From contig JALONR010000013.1 of assembly GCA_025454815.1 (NCBI GenBank), forward strand, positions 37,140 through 101,139: a stretch of 64,000 nt of DNA. Reading direction: 5' to 3'. The number at the start of each line of letters is the position of its first letter. The first letter of the stretch is position 1. Of the stretch, positions 36,605 to 45,910 are shown in pieces. A program made the position numbers and the translations under genes. The DNA is from Bacteroidales bacterium. GTDB lineage: Bacteria > Bacteroidota > Bacteroidia > Bacteroidales > VadinHA17. The notes under the pieces were generated by a model, which had not been told where the DNA came from, made no database searches, and worked only from the letters and a program-made list of their open reading frames with translations.

Positions 36605-38551
36605 ATGGGATACATTAAATTTGATAAGGCCCAGGTAGTTAACCTGGAATATTCCCTGACCCGCGAGATTTTGCGCAGCAACAGGGCCGGCAGTTACTCA
36701 TCAACGACCATTGTCGGATGCAATACCCGGAAATATCACGGATGGCTTGTATGCCCCGTGGAAGAGCTGGGTGGGGAAAGGCATGTACTCCTCTCTTCGG
36801 TTGACACAACCGTTGTAAGCAACGGACAGAGCTTCAATACGGGAATCCGGAAGTACCATGGCGACTATTACAGTCCGAAAGGGCACAAGTATGTAGAAGA
36901 CTTTGACATACAGGATATTCCGGGCATGACTTACAGGGTCGGGAATGTCATCATGAAGCAGGAACGCATCCTTGTTCACTATGAGGAGCAGTTGCTGATC
37001 AGGTATACGATCATCGATACGGATGAACCTGTACAGCTCCAGCTGAGACCGTTCCTTGCATTCAGGAGCATTCACCAGCTGACCCACGCCAACATGTGGG
37101 CAAACACCCGCACCGAGCCTGTGCCTCACGGAATAAAAATCCGCATGTATGACAGTTTCCCTTGGCTCCACATGCAACTCTCATGCAAGGCCGATTTTGT
37201 ACCCGTGCCTGACTGGTATCTTGGTGTTGAATACAGGGAAGAGCAGAAGCGTGGATATGATTATTCCGAAGACCTGTTTGTCCCGGGCTTTTTTGAGGTG
37301 ACAGCCCGGAAGGGTGATGTGATAGTCTTTTCAGCCTCAACAAAGGAGGAGAAACATGCAGGTTTCAAGGCCAAGTTTACCCGCACGGTGTCATCCAAGA
37401 TACCGCGCAGCAACTTCGGCAATTGCCTTCGCAACGCTGCACAGCAGTTCATTGAGAAACGGGGTGAAGACACAAATATCATTGCAGGTTACCACTGGTT
37501 TGGTTCATGGGGACGTGACACATTCATCTCCCTTCCGGGCATTGCGCTTGCCCGCACCTCTGAGGATCTGTATGCCGCTGTGCTTGATACCCAGGTACGC
37601 CGCATGAAGGGGGGGCTGTTCCCCAATATGGGAGACAATGACAATCCTGCCTTCAACAGTGTTGATGCACCCCTCTGGTTTTTCCAGGCTCTATGGAGTT
37701 ATGGCCTGGCGCCGAAGGAGACCTGGAAGCGTTACGGCGCTGCCATGAAGGATGTGCTGAACGCATACCGCTCCGGAACCTCATTCGGCATTCACATGAG
37801 GGAGAACGGCCTGATCTATGCAGGAGCGCCGGGCAAGGCCCTGACATGGATGGACGCAGTGGTGCACGGTGAGCCGGTGACACCGCGTGATGGTTATGCG
37901 GTGGAAATAAATGCGCTGTGGTACAATGCGGTATGCTACTCTCTTGATTGTGCCCGCGCAGCTCATGACAGGGCTTTTGTGAAGGAATGGGAGAAGTTGC
38001 CTGATCTGGCCGCGAGGTCATTCATTGACATCTTCTGGGATGAGGAGCACGGTTACCTGGCTGATTATGTTAATGATAAAGAGATGAGGAACATACAGGT
38101 GAGACCAAACATGGTAATCGCCACCTCTCTTCCTTATACAATGCTGACCCGCGAACAGATGAAGAGCATTCTGGATATAGCCAACAGGATGCTCGTAACT
38201 CCAAGAGGGCTGCGGACACTGTCGCCGTCAGAGGAGGGGTACAAGGGTATTTACTGCGGTGACCAGGCCACACGTGACAGGGCATATCACCAGGGAACAG
38301 TTTGGCCATGGCTGCTTGGCCCCTTCTGCGAAGGATGGCTGAAGGTCTATGGCGAAGGTGGCGTGTCACGCGTCAGAAAGCTGATAATGGGATTCGAGGA
38401 GACACTGACGGAAGCCGGCATATCAACCATCTCGGAGATATATGACGGTGATCCGCCGCATTCAGCAAGGGGGGCAATATCACAGGCGTGGAGCGTCGGA
38501 GAAATTCTCCGCATCTTCACCCTGCTTGAAACGAAGTATTCAGAAAAATAA
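36605..38551 (+). CDS. Glycogen debranching enzyme (archaeal-type GDE N-domain + amylo-alpha-1,6-glucosidase)
   Basis: N-terminus …EYSLTREILRSNRAGSYSSTTIVGCNTRKYHG. Central GYHWFGSWGRDTFISLPG. C-terminal (alpha/alpha)6 region …QGTVWPWLLGPF…SISEIYDGD. Confidence 0.85.
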   Translation: MGYIKFDKAQVVNLEYSLTREILRSNRAGSYSSTTIVGCNTRKYHGWLVCPVEELGGERHVLLSSVDTTVVSNGQSFNTGIRKYHGDYYSPKGHKYVEDFDIQDIPGMTYRVGNVIMKQERILVHYEEQLLIRYTIIDTDEPVQLQLRPFLAFRSIHQLTHANMWANTRTEPVPHGIKIRMYDSFPWLHMQLSCKADFVPVPDWYLGVEYREEQKRGYDYSEDLFVPGFFEVTARKGDVIVFSASTKEEKHAGFKAKFTRTVSSKIPRSNFGNCLRNAAQQFIEKRGEDTNIIAGYHWFGSWGRDTFISLPGIALARTSEDLYAAVLDTQVRRMKGGLFPNMGDNDNPAFNSVDAPLWFFQALWSYGLAPKETWKRYGAAMKDVLNAYRSGTSFGIHMRENGLIYAGAPGKALTWMDAVVHGEPVTPRDGYAVEINALWYNAVCYSLDCARAAHDRAFVKEWEKLPDLAARSFIDIFWDEEHGYLADYVNDKEMRNIQVRPNMVIATSLPYTMLTREQMKSILDIANRMLVTPRGLRTLSPSEEGYKGIYCGDQATRDRAYHQGTVWPWLLGPFCEGWLKVYGEGGVSRVRKLIMGFEETLTEAGISTISEIYDGDPPHSARGAISQAWSVGEILRIFTLLETKYSEK

Positions 38552-38557
38552 AATGAT

Positions 38558-39853
38558 ATGCGTGTCCTGATGTTTGGATGGGAGTTCCCCCCTCATATAG
38601 CCGGGGGATTGGGAACGGCCAGCTATGGCCTCACCCGCGGCCTTGCCGCCCAGCGGGATATTGAGGTCATCTTCGTGGTGCCCAAGGCTTACGGCGATGA
38701 GGATCAGAGCATTGTGAGGCTCATCGGGGCCAATACCGTGCCAGTCGCCTTCAAAAAGGTGAAGTACAGGTATTTCCAGAAACCGATTGAAAAAATCGAG
38801 GTCTTTTCCAAGCTTGTACCTTATACAGATCCGGAGGATTTCTGGAAACTGACACGCGGGGAGGTAGCTGACAGCGATCTGCTTGTGGAGACAAATACGC
38901 AGGGCAAGGTCGATTTCACAGGCAGCTACGGATCCACTCTGATGGATGAGATATACAAGTATTCTGTGGTTGCACAGGTTATCGCTTCAGAACAGGAGTT
39001 TGACGTAATCCATGCACATGACTGGCTGGCATATCCGGCCGGCATAGCAGCCAAGGCGGTCTCAGGCAAGCCGCTGGTAATACATGTCCATGCAACCGAC
39101 TTTGACCGCAGCGGCGGCAATGTAAACCCGGTGGTATACCAGATGGAAAAGGAGGGGATGGATGCAGCAGACAGGATCATTACAGTCAGCAACCTGACAC
39201 GCGATATCGTAATAAACAGGTACAACGTGGATCCAGAGAAGGTAATAACTGTATACAATGCCGTTGAACCGCCGCACCATTCCGAACTTGATGTTCCCGA
39301 AAGGGCTTATTCTGACAAGATCGTTACTTTTCTCGGCCGGATAACAATGCAAAAGGGGCCGGAATACTTCATTGAGGCAGCCAGGATGGTTCTCTCAAGG
39401 ATGCCCAATGTGAGGTTCGTGATGGCAGGGTCAGGTGACATGATGGAACGGATGATGCGTCATGCTGCAGGGCTCAGAATTACAGACAGGTTTCATTTCA
39501 CCGGTTTCCTCAGGGGTAATGACGTCTTCACCATGCTGAGGATGAGTGATGTCTATGTAATGCCTTCCGTCTCTGAACCGTTCGGCATCTCTCCGCTGGA
39601 AGCAATGCAGTCAAACGTTCCGGTGATAATAAGCAAGCAGAGCGGGGTGGCTGAGCTCCTTACCCACGCTGTCAAGGTTGACTTCTGGGACATAGAGGCC
39701 ATGGCTGATGCCATCTATGGCATACTAACTTACCCTGCCCTGTCCAGAATGTTCATAATGAACGGAAAGGAAGAGGTTGACAAGCTGAAGTGGGAAAAAG
39801 CCGCCGGCCATGTAAAGAGTATTTATTCAGGGGTTTTGCAACAGACAAGATAA
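38558..39853 (+). CDS. GT4-family glycosyltransferase (glycogen-synthase-like)
   Basis: MRVLMFGWEFPPHIAGGLGTA N-terminus. GT-B C-terminal motif PSVSEPFGISPLEAM. Confidence 0.85.
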   Translation: MRVLMFGWEFPPHIAGGLGTASYGLTRGLAAQRDIEVIFVVPKAYGDEDQSIVRLIGANTVPVAFKKVKYRYFQKPIEKIEVFSKLVPYTDPEDFWKLTRGEVADSDLLVETNTQGKVDFTGSYGSTLMDEIYKYSVVAQVIASEQEFDVIHAHDWLAYPAGIAAKAVSGKPLVIHVHATDFDRSGGNVNPVVYQMEKEGMDAADRIITVSNLTRDIVINRYNVDPEKVITVYNAVEPPHHSELDVPERAYSDKIVTFLGRITMQKGPEYFIEAARMVLSRMPNVRFVMAGSGDMMERMMRHAAGLRITDRFHFTGFLRGNDVFTMLRMSDVYVMPSVSEPFGISPLEAMQSNVPVIISKQSGVAELLTHAVKVDFWDIEAMADAIYGILTYPALSRMFIMNGKEEVDKLKWEKAAGHVKSIYSGVLQQTR

Positions 39854-39858
39854 CAGAT

Positions 39859-41538
39859 ATGAGCACATCACAGAAAAAGGCTATCTGCCTCTATTTCCAG
39901 GTTCACCAGCCCTTCAGGCTCAGACGGTACCGTTTCTTTGAGATGGGTCATGAACACTATTACTATGATGATTTCACGAATGAGTCAATCCTGCGTAAGA
40001 TAGCTTCAAACTGCTATCTCCCTGCCAACAGGATACTCCTTGACCTGATAAGAAAACACAAGGGGAAGTTCAGGGTGACCTTCTCCCTGACAGGGATTGT
40101 CATCGACCAGTTCAGGCTCTATGCACCCGAAGTGCTCGCCTCTTTCAGGGAGCTGGCTGAAACTGGCTGTGTGGAGTTCCTGGCGGAGACCAACTCACAC
40201 TCGCTGGCCTCACTGATGAGCAGGGAGAGATATGAGCTGCAGGTAAGGGTACATCGTGACAAGATGATCGAATACATAGGTTATGAGCCGACATCAATCA
40301 GGAACACAGAACTGATATATTCCGATGAGATAGGAAGCTGGATGGCCGAAATGGGTTACAAGGCAGTTGTCACCGAGGGAGCAAAGCATATCCTGGGGTG
40401 GAAATCTCCGAACTACCTGTACTGCAACGCCATCAACCCCAGACTGAAGGTCCTGCTCCGTAATTATACCCTCAGCGATGATATTGCCTTCCGTTTCTCC
40501 AACAAAAGCTGGGCAAGTTATCCGCTGACTGCCGAAAAGTACGCCTCATGGCTGAAGGGTCTGGCACCGGCATCGGAGCTGGTGAACATCTTCATGGACT
40601 ATGAAACATTCGGTGAGCATCAGAAGAAGGAAACCGGTATTTTTGATTTCCTGAAGCACATGCCTGACATGATCATAAAGAAGACTCCCTTCAGCTTCAT
40701 GACAGTGTCAGAGGTGGCTGACCACTATCAGCCGGTATCGCTGCTCCATGTACCATCAGCAATATCCTGGGCCGACGAGGAAAGAGACCTCACCGCCTGG
40801 ATGGGCAATGAACTCCAGACCGCAGCGGTGAATAAACTCTACAGCCTGTCTGACAGGGTGGGCCGCTGCAATAATGAGCAGCTTATGCGTGACTGGGTTT
40901 ACCTGCAGTCAAGTGACCATTTCTACTACATGTCAACCAAGTTCTTCTCTGACGGCGCAGTGCATGCCTATTTCAACCCTTACGAGAATCCGTACCAGGC
41001 TTTCATGAATTACATGAACGTCCTGAGCGATTTCGAAATAAGACTCAATGCTGTCTGCCCGCTAAATGTCCATGATGAGGAGGTCAACCGTCTCTCGGCA
41101 GATATTCAGAGTCGTGATCACCTAATCACAGAGCTGCAGGAGAAACTGGCAAAACTTGAAAGGAAGCCGGCGGCCAGGAAAACAGCCTCTGTAACCGTGA
41201 GAACACCGTCCGGAAAAGCCGGAGCTACCGCTGCAACAAAAACAAAGGCCGGCGCAGTGCAGATCCAGAGTGCTGAAGAACCTTCAGCCAGGGAGGTTCC
41301 TGCACCCAGGAAACCAGCAACCAAATCCGTTAAGAAGGAAGCAGCTGCAAAAAAACCCGCAGCCAGATCCGTTAAGAAGGAGGCGGCCCCAAAGAAACCC
41401 GCAGCCAGATCCCTTAAGAAAGCGGAAGGAGCCGAAAAGGGAACCGTTGCCAAATCCCTGAAGAAGGAGAAACCGGCAGCCAGGAAACCCGCTGCCACCA
41501 AAAAAAGAGCGGTAAGGAAGAAAACAGGTGGCAAATAA
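39859..41538 (+). CDS. GH57-family alpha-glucan-active enzyme with a coiled coil and a Lys/Ala/Pro-rich repeat tail
   Basis: ICLYFQVHQPFRLRRY and FMDYETFGEH are GH57-type. The tail from about aa 430 has EEVNRLSADIQSRDHLITELQEKLAKLERK, then three 14-aa repeats (KPAARSVKKEAAPK). The ATG at 39859 is preferred to 39790, which overlaps the GT4 gene. Confidence 0.85.
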   Translation: MSTSQKKAICLYFQVHQPFRLRRYRFFEMGHEHYYYDDFTNESILRKIASNCYLPANRILLDLIRKHKGKFRVTFSLTGIVIDQFRLYAPEVLASFRELAETGCVEFLAETNSHSLASLMSRERYELQVRVHRDKMIEYIGYEPTSIRNTELIYSDEIGSWMAEMGYKAVVTEGAKHILGWKSPNYLYCNAINPRLKVLLRNYTLSDDIAFRFSNKSWASYPLTAEKYASWLKGLAPASELVNIFMDYETFGEHQKKETGIFDFLKHMPDMIIKKTPFSFMTVSEVADHYQPVSLLHVPSAISWADEERDLTAWMGNELQTAAVNKLYSLSDRVGRCNNEQLMRDWVYLQSSDHFYYMSTKFFSDGAVHAYFNPYENPYQAFMNYMNVLSDFEIRLNAVCPLNVHDEEVNRLSADIQSRDHLITELQEKLAKLERKPAARKTASVTVRTPSGKAGATAATKTKAGAVQIQSAEEPSAREVPAPRKPATKSVKKEAAAKKPAARSVKKEAAPKKPAARSLKKAEGAEKGTVAKSLKKEKPAARKPAATKKRAVRKKTGGK

Positions 41539-41608
41539 TTACCTGGATTCCATGCTATGTGTAACTTATATGCGCCTCGTGCGTATTAATTGATTATTAA
41601 TTATATAT

Positions 41609-44600
41609 ATGGAAATGAAAGCTGATTTTTTGTTTGAGACAAGTTGGGAAGTTTGTAATAAGGTGGGCGGTATTTATACGGTCATTTCCACCAAGGCACT
41701 TAATGTGACTTATGAATTTGGTGACAACTATATACTTATTGGTCCTGATGTATGGAGAGATGACAAATCGAACCCGGAATTCACCCCTGATGATACCATG
41801 TTCCTCCCCTGGAAGGCTGTTGCTGCCCAGGAAGGACTGATAGTGAAGACAGGGCGTTGGAACATCAAGGGGAACCCGCGAGTAATGCTGGTAGATTTCA
41901 CACCCTATTTCGGACAACAGAACGAGGTCTTTGCAAGGTTCTGGGAGACATACCAGCTTGACAGCATATCAGGGCAGTGGGATTACATTGAACCTGCCCT
42001 CTTTGGCTATGCGGCAGGCAAGGTTATTGAGAGCTTTACCAACTACTACCGCGAGTATCCGAGGGTGATTGCGCAGTTCCACGAGTGGATGACCGGGATG
42101 GGTGTTCTCTACCTCGAGAAGCATGCCCCGTGGATCACCACTGCATTCACCACGCATGCAACTGTGCTCGGACGGAGTATCGCCGGCAACAACAGGCAGC
42201 TCTACAGCCGGCTGAAGGAGTTCAGCCCGGTGCAGATGGCGCATGAGTTCAACGTAACTTCCAAACAATCGCTTGAGAAGATAAGCGCCCTGGAAGCCGA
42301 TGTCTTCACCACCGTCAGTGAGATAACCGGCCGTGAATGTGAGGCCTTTCTGGGCAAGAAACCCGACGTTGTCACCCCTAACGGGTTTGAAGATACCTTC
42401 GTGCCTGCCCCGGAGAACTTCGATGCTGCAAGGCAGGCAGCCAGGGAGAAACTGCTTACGGTGGCAGGGGCACTTCTGGGCTATGAGTTGCCGGCAGACA
42501 CTCTTCTTGTCTCCACCAGCGGAAGGTACGAGTACCGGAACAAAGGCATTGACCTCTTCCTCTCCTCGCTGGGAGCTATAAATAAAAAGACTGATTCAGA
42601 CCGCCAGTGCGTGGCTTTTATTCTCGTTCCGGCATATCACAAGGGACCCCGTCAGGATCTTGCGGCTGCACTTGCTTCAGGCACCACAGTCACTGAAGGC
42701 GACAGGTACCTGACCCACGGCCTTCATTATGTTCATGATGATCCTGTCATGAACCAGCTCAACCGGGAAGGGATCCGCAACTCGGCCACGGAAAAGGTAA
42801 GGGTGATCTTTGTTCCGTCATACCTGAACGGCAATGACGGCATATTCAACATGGAATACTATGAACTGCTCATCGGCTTTGACCTTACGCTTTATCCTTC
42901 ATACTATGAGCCCTGGGGATACACCCCGCTCGAGAGCCTGATGTTCCATGTACCCACAGTAACAACAAACCTCGCCGGTTTCGGGATGTGGGTGGACTCA
43001 TATTTCGAAAACCCCGGCAACGGCTGCCTGGTGCTCAACCGTACTGACCACAATGAAAAGGAGGTCATAGCAGGTATGGAGGAGTTCATCAGGAAATTCA
43101 TGAATATGAGCCCTGAGGAGGCTGCCTCGGCGAACCAGAAAGCATGGGAGATCTCCCGGATTGCAAACTGGAACACCCTGTTCAGCTATTACAGCGAAGC
43201 ATACCGTTTTGCCCTCGAAAAAAGCGAGGAGAGGAGAGACCAGCCCAGGGAGTATGCAAGGATCCTCGAAGCTACAGAGGTACAGAAAAGAAAGCCGTTC
43301 CAGGCACCTGTCTGGAAGGATATTTACGTGCAGTCTGAACTCCCCGAGCGTATTGCATACCTGAAGGAACTCTCCTCAAACCTCTGGTGGTCATGGAACA
43401 GCGATGCAGAGTTCCTTTTCCGAAGGATGGATCCGACACTCTGGGAAGAGGTGGGTCACAACCCAAAGAGACTGCTGGAATCAATTGATTACAAGAGACT
43501 GGTTGTTCTTTCAGATGATGAGGTCTTCCTGGATGATTCTGACCGGATATACAGGGAGTTTACCGAATACCTTGCCAGGCCTGAGAATCCGGAGCTCCCT
43601 TCGGTTGCTTACTTCAGCATGGAGTTCGGAATTCATCCAAGCCTTAAAATCTATTCAGGCGGCCTGGGGGTGCTTGCCGGTGACTATCTGAAGGAGGCCA
43701 GTGATTCAAATGTAAACATAACAGGTATCGGGCTCCTTTACAGGTACGGCTATTTCAGACAGAAACTGGGGCCAAGGGGTGAACAGCAGGCGATCTATGA
43801 GGCGGAGGATTTCTCTCAGATTCCTGTTGAACCCGTGAAGGACAACGAAGGCAACCAGCTCACAATAAAGCTTACATGGCCTGGGCGTACAGTGAAGACC
43901 CGACTCTGGCTGGCCCGGGTGGGAAAGGTAAAGCTTTATCTTCTTGATACCGATTCAGAGGAGAACACTCATGAAGACAGGGCTATAACCCATTACTTGT
44001 ACGGAGGTGATTCGGAAAACAGGCTTAAACAGGAGCTGATCCTTGGAATCGGGGGGATGCGAGCCCTGATAACCCTGGGGATAAAGCCCGATGTATACCA
44101 CAGCAATGAGGGTCATTCGGCATTCATCGGCTTCGAAAGGTTGCGGCACCTTATTGAGGAGGAACATCTGACCTTTGAGGAGTCGATGGAGATAGTAAGG
44201 GCATCAACCCTGTTCACAACACATACCCCTGTGCCGGCCGGCCATGACTCCTTTGAAGAGGACCTGTTAAGGAAATACATATCACATTACCATTCCAGGC
44301 TGAACATCACATGGGATCAGCTGATGGCGCTGGGCCGCTGCCAGGATGACCATGACCGCAAGTTCAACATGAGCTACCTTGCCACCCGCTTCTCTCAGGA
44401 GATGAACGGTGTGAGCCAGTTGCACGGCCATGTTTCGCGCGGGTTGTTCTCGAGGCTATGGCCCGGATACCTGCGTGATGAACTCTATATCGGCCATGTG
44501 ACCAACGGAGTCCATTATTCAACCTGGGTGGCACCGGAATGGGAACAGATCTATGAAAAACTGACCGGGGAGCAGCATTTTGACCTGAGCGACCGTGACC

Positions 44601-45838
44601 AGTGGGCAAAAATCTACCAGCTTGAAGACGATAAGGTCTTTGAGACGAAGATGAAACTCAAGAAGCGCCTCTTTGACAATATCCGCAAGCGCCTCCAGTC
44701 AGACATGCTTGAACGGCATGTCAGTCCGCGTACCCTGATGAACATCAGCTCTCACCTCAATGAGAAGGCTCTTACCATCGGCTTCGCAAGGCGTTTTGCC
44801 ACCTACAAGCGTGCCAGCCTGCTCTTCCGCGATCTCGACAGGCTTTCGAGAATCGTCAATAACCCGGAAAGGCCTGTGCAGTTCATCTATGCCGGCAAAG
44901 CCCATCCCAATGACGGGGGCGGCCAGGATCTGATCCGAAGGATAAATGAGATATCCCAGATGCCTCAGTTCGCCGGTAAGGTTATCTTCCTTGAGAACTA
45001 TGACATGGAGCTTGCAAGGTACATGGTTCGTGGAGTGGATATATGGCTTAACACGCCCACCCGGCCGCTGGAGGCTTCAGGAACCAGCGGGGAGAAGGCC
45101 GTAATGAACGGTACCATTCACTTCAGTGTCCTTGACGGATGGTGGGTGGAGGGCTACCATGCCTTCGCAGGATGGGCCCTGCCCAAGAAACGGACTTTTA
45201 CCAGCCAGGACCTGCAGGATGACATTGATGCCGAGACAATATACAACATGCTTGAGTATGAGATCATCCCTGCTTACTACTCCAGGGATGATAACGGAAT
45301 ACCCCGGGAATGGACAAGCTACATCAAGAATACCATGGTCAAGGTTGCCCCCGAGTTCACCACCCGGAGGATGCTGAAGGACTACCTGAACAGGTACTAT
45401 TCCAGACTGTGGGAGAGAAGCAGGAAGATAACTGCTGACAACTATGCCCTCGCAAGGGAGCTGGCAGCATGGAAGAGTGACATTTCAAGGGCCTGGGATG
45501 ATATTGAGATTATCAGGTATGATGTGAAGGGTTCTGAAAAGAATGTATACCGTTCAGGCCATACCTATACTTCCGAAATAATACTTGACATCAAGAATAT
45601 TCCTGCTGAAAACGTGGGCGTGGAGCTTGTTGTGACAAGACAGGCCAAAAACGGTGAGTATGTCTTCTTCACAGGCAAGGAATTCAAGGCTGTGAACCAC
45701 AAGAAGGGGAGAGTCATCTACAGCGTCGATTTCCAGCCTGAGATGGCGGGCACCTTCTTCTACGGGATACGTATTTTCGCCAGGCATGATGAACTGCCGC
45801 ACAGGCAGGATTTCTGCCTGATCAGGTGGGTAGACTGA
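41609..45838 (+). CDS. Fusion protein: GT3 (eukaryote-type) glycogen synthase + GT35 alpha-glucan phosphorylase
   Basis: The N-terminal ~560 aa has LFETSWEVCNKVGGIYTVISTKA, the hallmark of GT3 glycogen synthases, plus YEPWGYTPLES. The C-terminal ~820 aa has NLWWSWNSDAEFLFRRMDPTLWEEVGHNP (DUF3417), GGLGVLAGD, and the PLP-Lys region EASGTSGEKAVMNG. Confidence 0.88.
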   Translation: MEMKADFLFETSWEVCNKVGGIYTVISTKALNVTYEFGDNYILIGPDVWRDDKSNPEFTPDDTMFLPWKAVAAQEGLIVKTGRWNIKGNPRVMLVDFTPYFGQQNEVFARFWETYQLDSISGQWDYIEPALFGYAAGKVIESFTNYYREYPRVIAQFHEWMTGMGVLYLEKHAPWITTAFTTHATVLGRSIAGNNRQLYSRLKEFSPVQMAHEFNVTSKQSLEKISALEADVFTTVSEITGRECEAFLGKKPDVVTPNGFEDTFVPAPENFDAARQAAREKLLTVAGALLGYELPADTLLVSTSGRYEYRNKGIDLFLSSLGAINKKTDSDRQCVAFILVPAYHKGPRQDLAAALASGTTVTEGDRYLTHGLHYVHDDPVMNQLNREGIRNSATEKVRVIFVPSYLNGNDGIFNMEYYELLIGFDLTLYPSYYEPWGYTPLESLMFHVPTVTTNLAGFGMWVDSYFENPGNGCLVLNRTDHNEKEVIAGMEEFIRKFMNMSPEEAASANQKAWEISRIANWNTLFSYYSEAYRFALEKSEERRDQPREYARILEATEVQKRKPFQAPVWKDIYVQSELPERIAYLKELSSNLWWSWNSDAEFLFRRMDPTLWEEVGHNPKRLLESIDYKRLVVLSDDEVFLDDSDRIYREFTEYLARPENPELPSVAYFSMEFGIHPSLKIYSGGLGVLAGDYLKEASDSNVNITGIGLLYRYGYFRQKLGPRGEQQAIYEAEDFSQIPVEPVKDNEGNQLTIKLTWPGRTVKTRLWLARVGKVKLYLLDTDSEENTHEDRAITHYLYGGDSENRLKQELILGIGGMRALITLGIKPDVYHSNEGHSAFIGFERLRHLIEEEHLTFEESMEIVRASTLFTTHTPVPAGHDSFEEDLLRKYISHYHSRLNITWDQLMALGRCQDDHDRKFNMSYLATRFSQEMNGVSQLHGHVSRGLFSRLWPGYLRDELYIGHVTNGVHYSTWVAPEWEQIYEKLTGEQHFDLSDRDQWAKIYQLEDDKVFETKMKLKKRLFDNIRKRLQSDMLERHVSPRTLMNISSHLNEKALTIGFARRFATYKRASLLFRDLDRLSRIVNNPERPVQFIYAGKAHPNDGGGQDLIRRINEISQMPQFAGKVIFLENYDMELARYMVRGVDIWLNTPTRPLEASGTSGEKAVMNGTIHFSVLDGWWVEGYHAFAGWALPKKRTFTSQDLQDDIDAETIYNMLEYEIIPAYYSRDDNGIPREWTSYIKNTMVKVAPEFTTRRMLKDYLNRYYSRLWERSRKITADNYALARELAAWKSDISRAWDDIEIIRYDVKGSEKNVYRSGHTYTSEIILDIKNIPAENVGVELVVTRQAKNGEYVFFTGKEFKAVNHKKGRVIYSVDFQPEMAGTFFYGIRIFARHDELPHRQDFCLIRWVD

Positions 45839-45910
45839 TACCGTCTGGCCACCCGCACCCGCAACAGGGAGCGGCAGGCACAGAAACATGGTCTGACTGC
45901 ATTACCTGAC

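Noticed and set aside
41118-41534. Minus-strand 138-aa ORF opposite the GH57 tail
   Set aside because: It is a shadow frame of the 42-bp KPAA repeats (Ala/Phe/Leu-rich mirror) and has no independent support.
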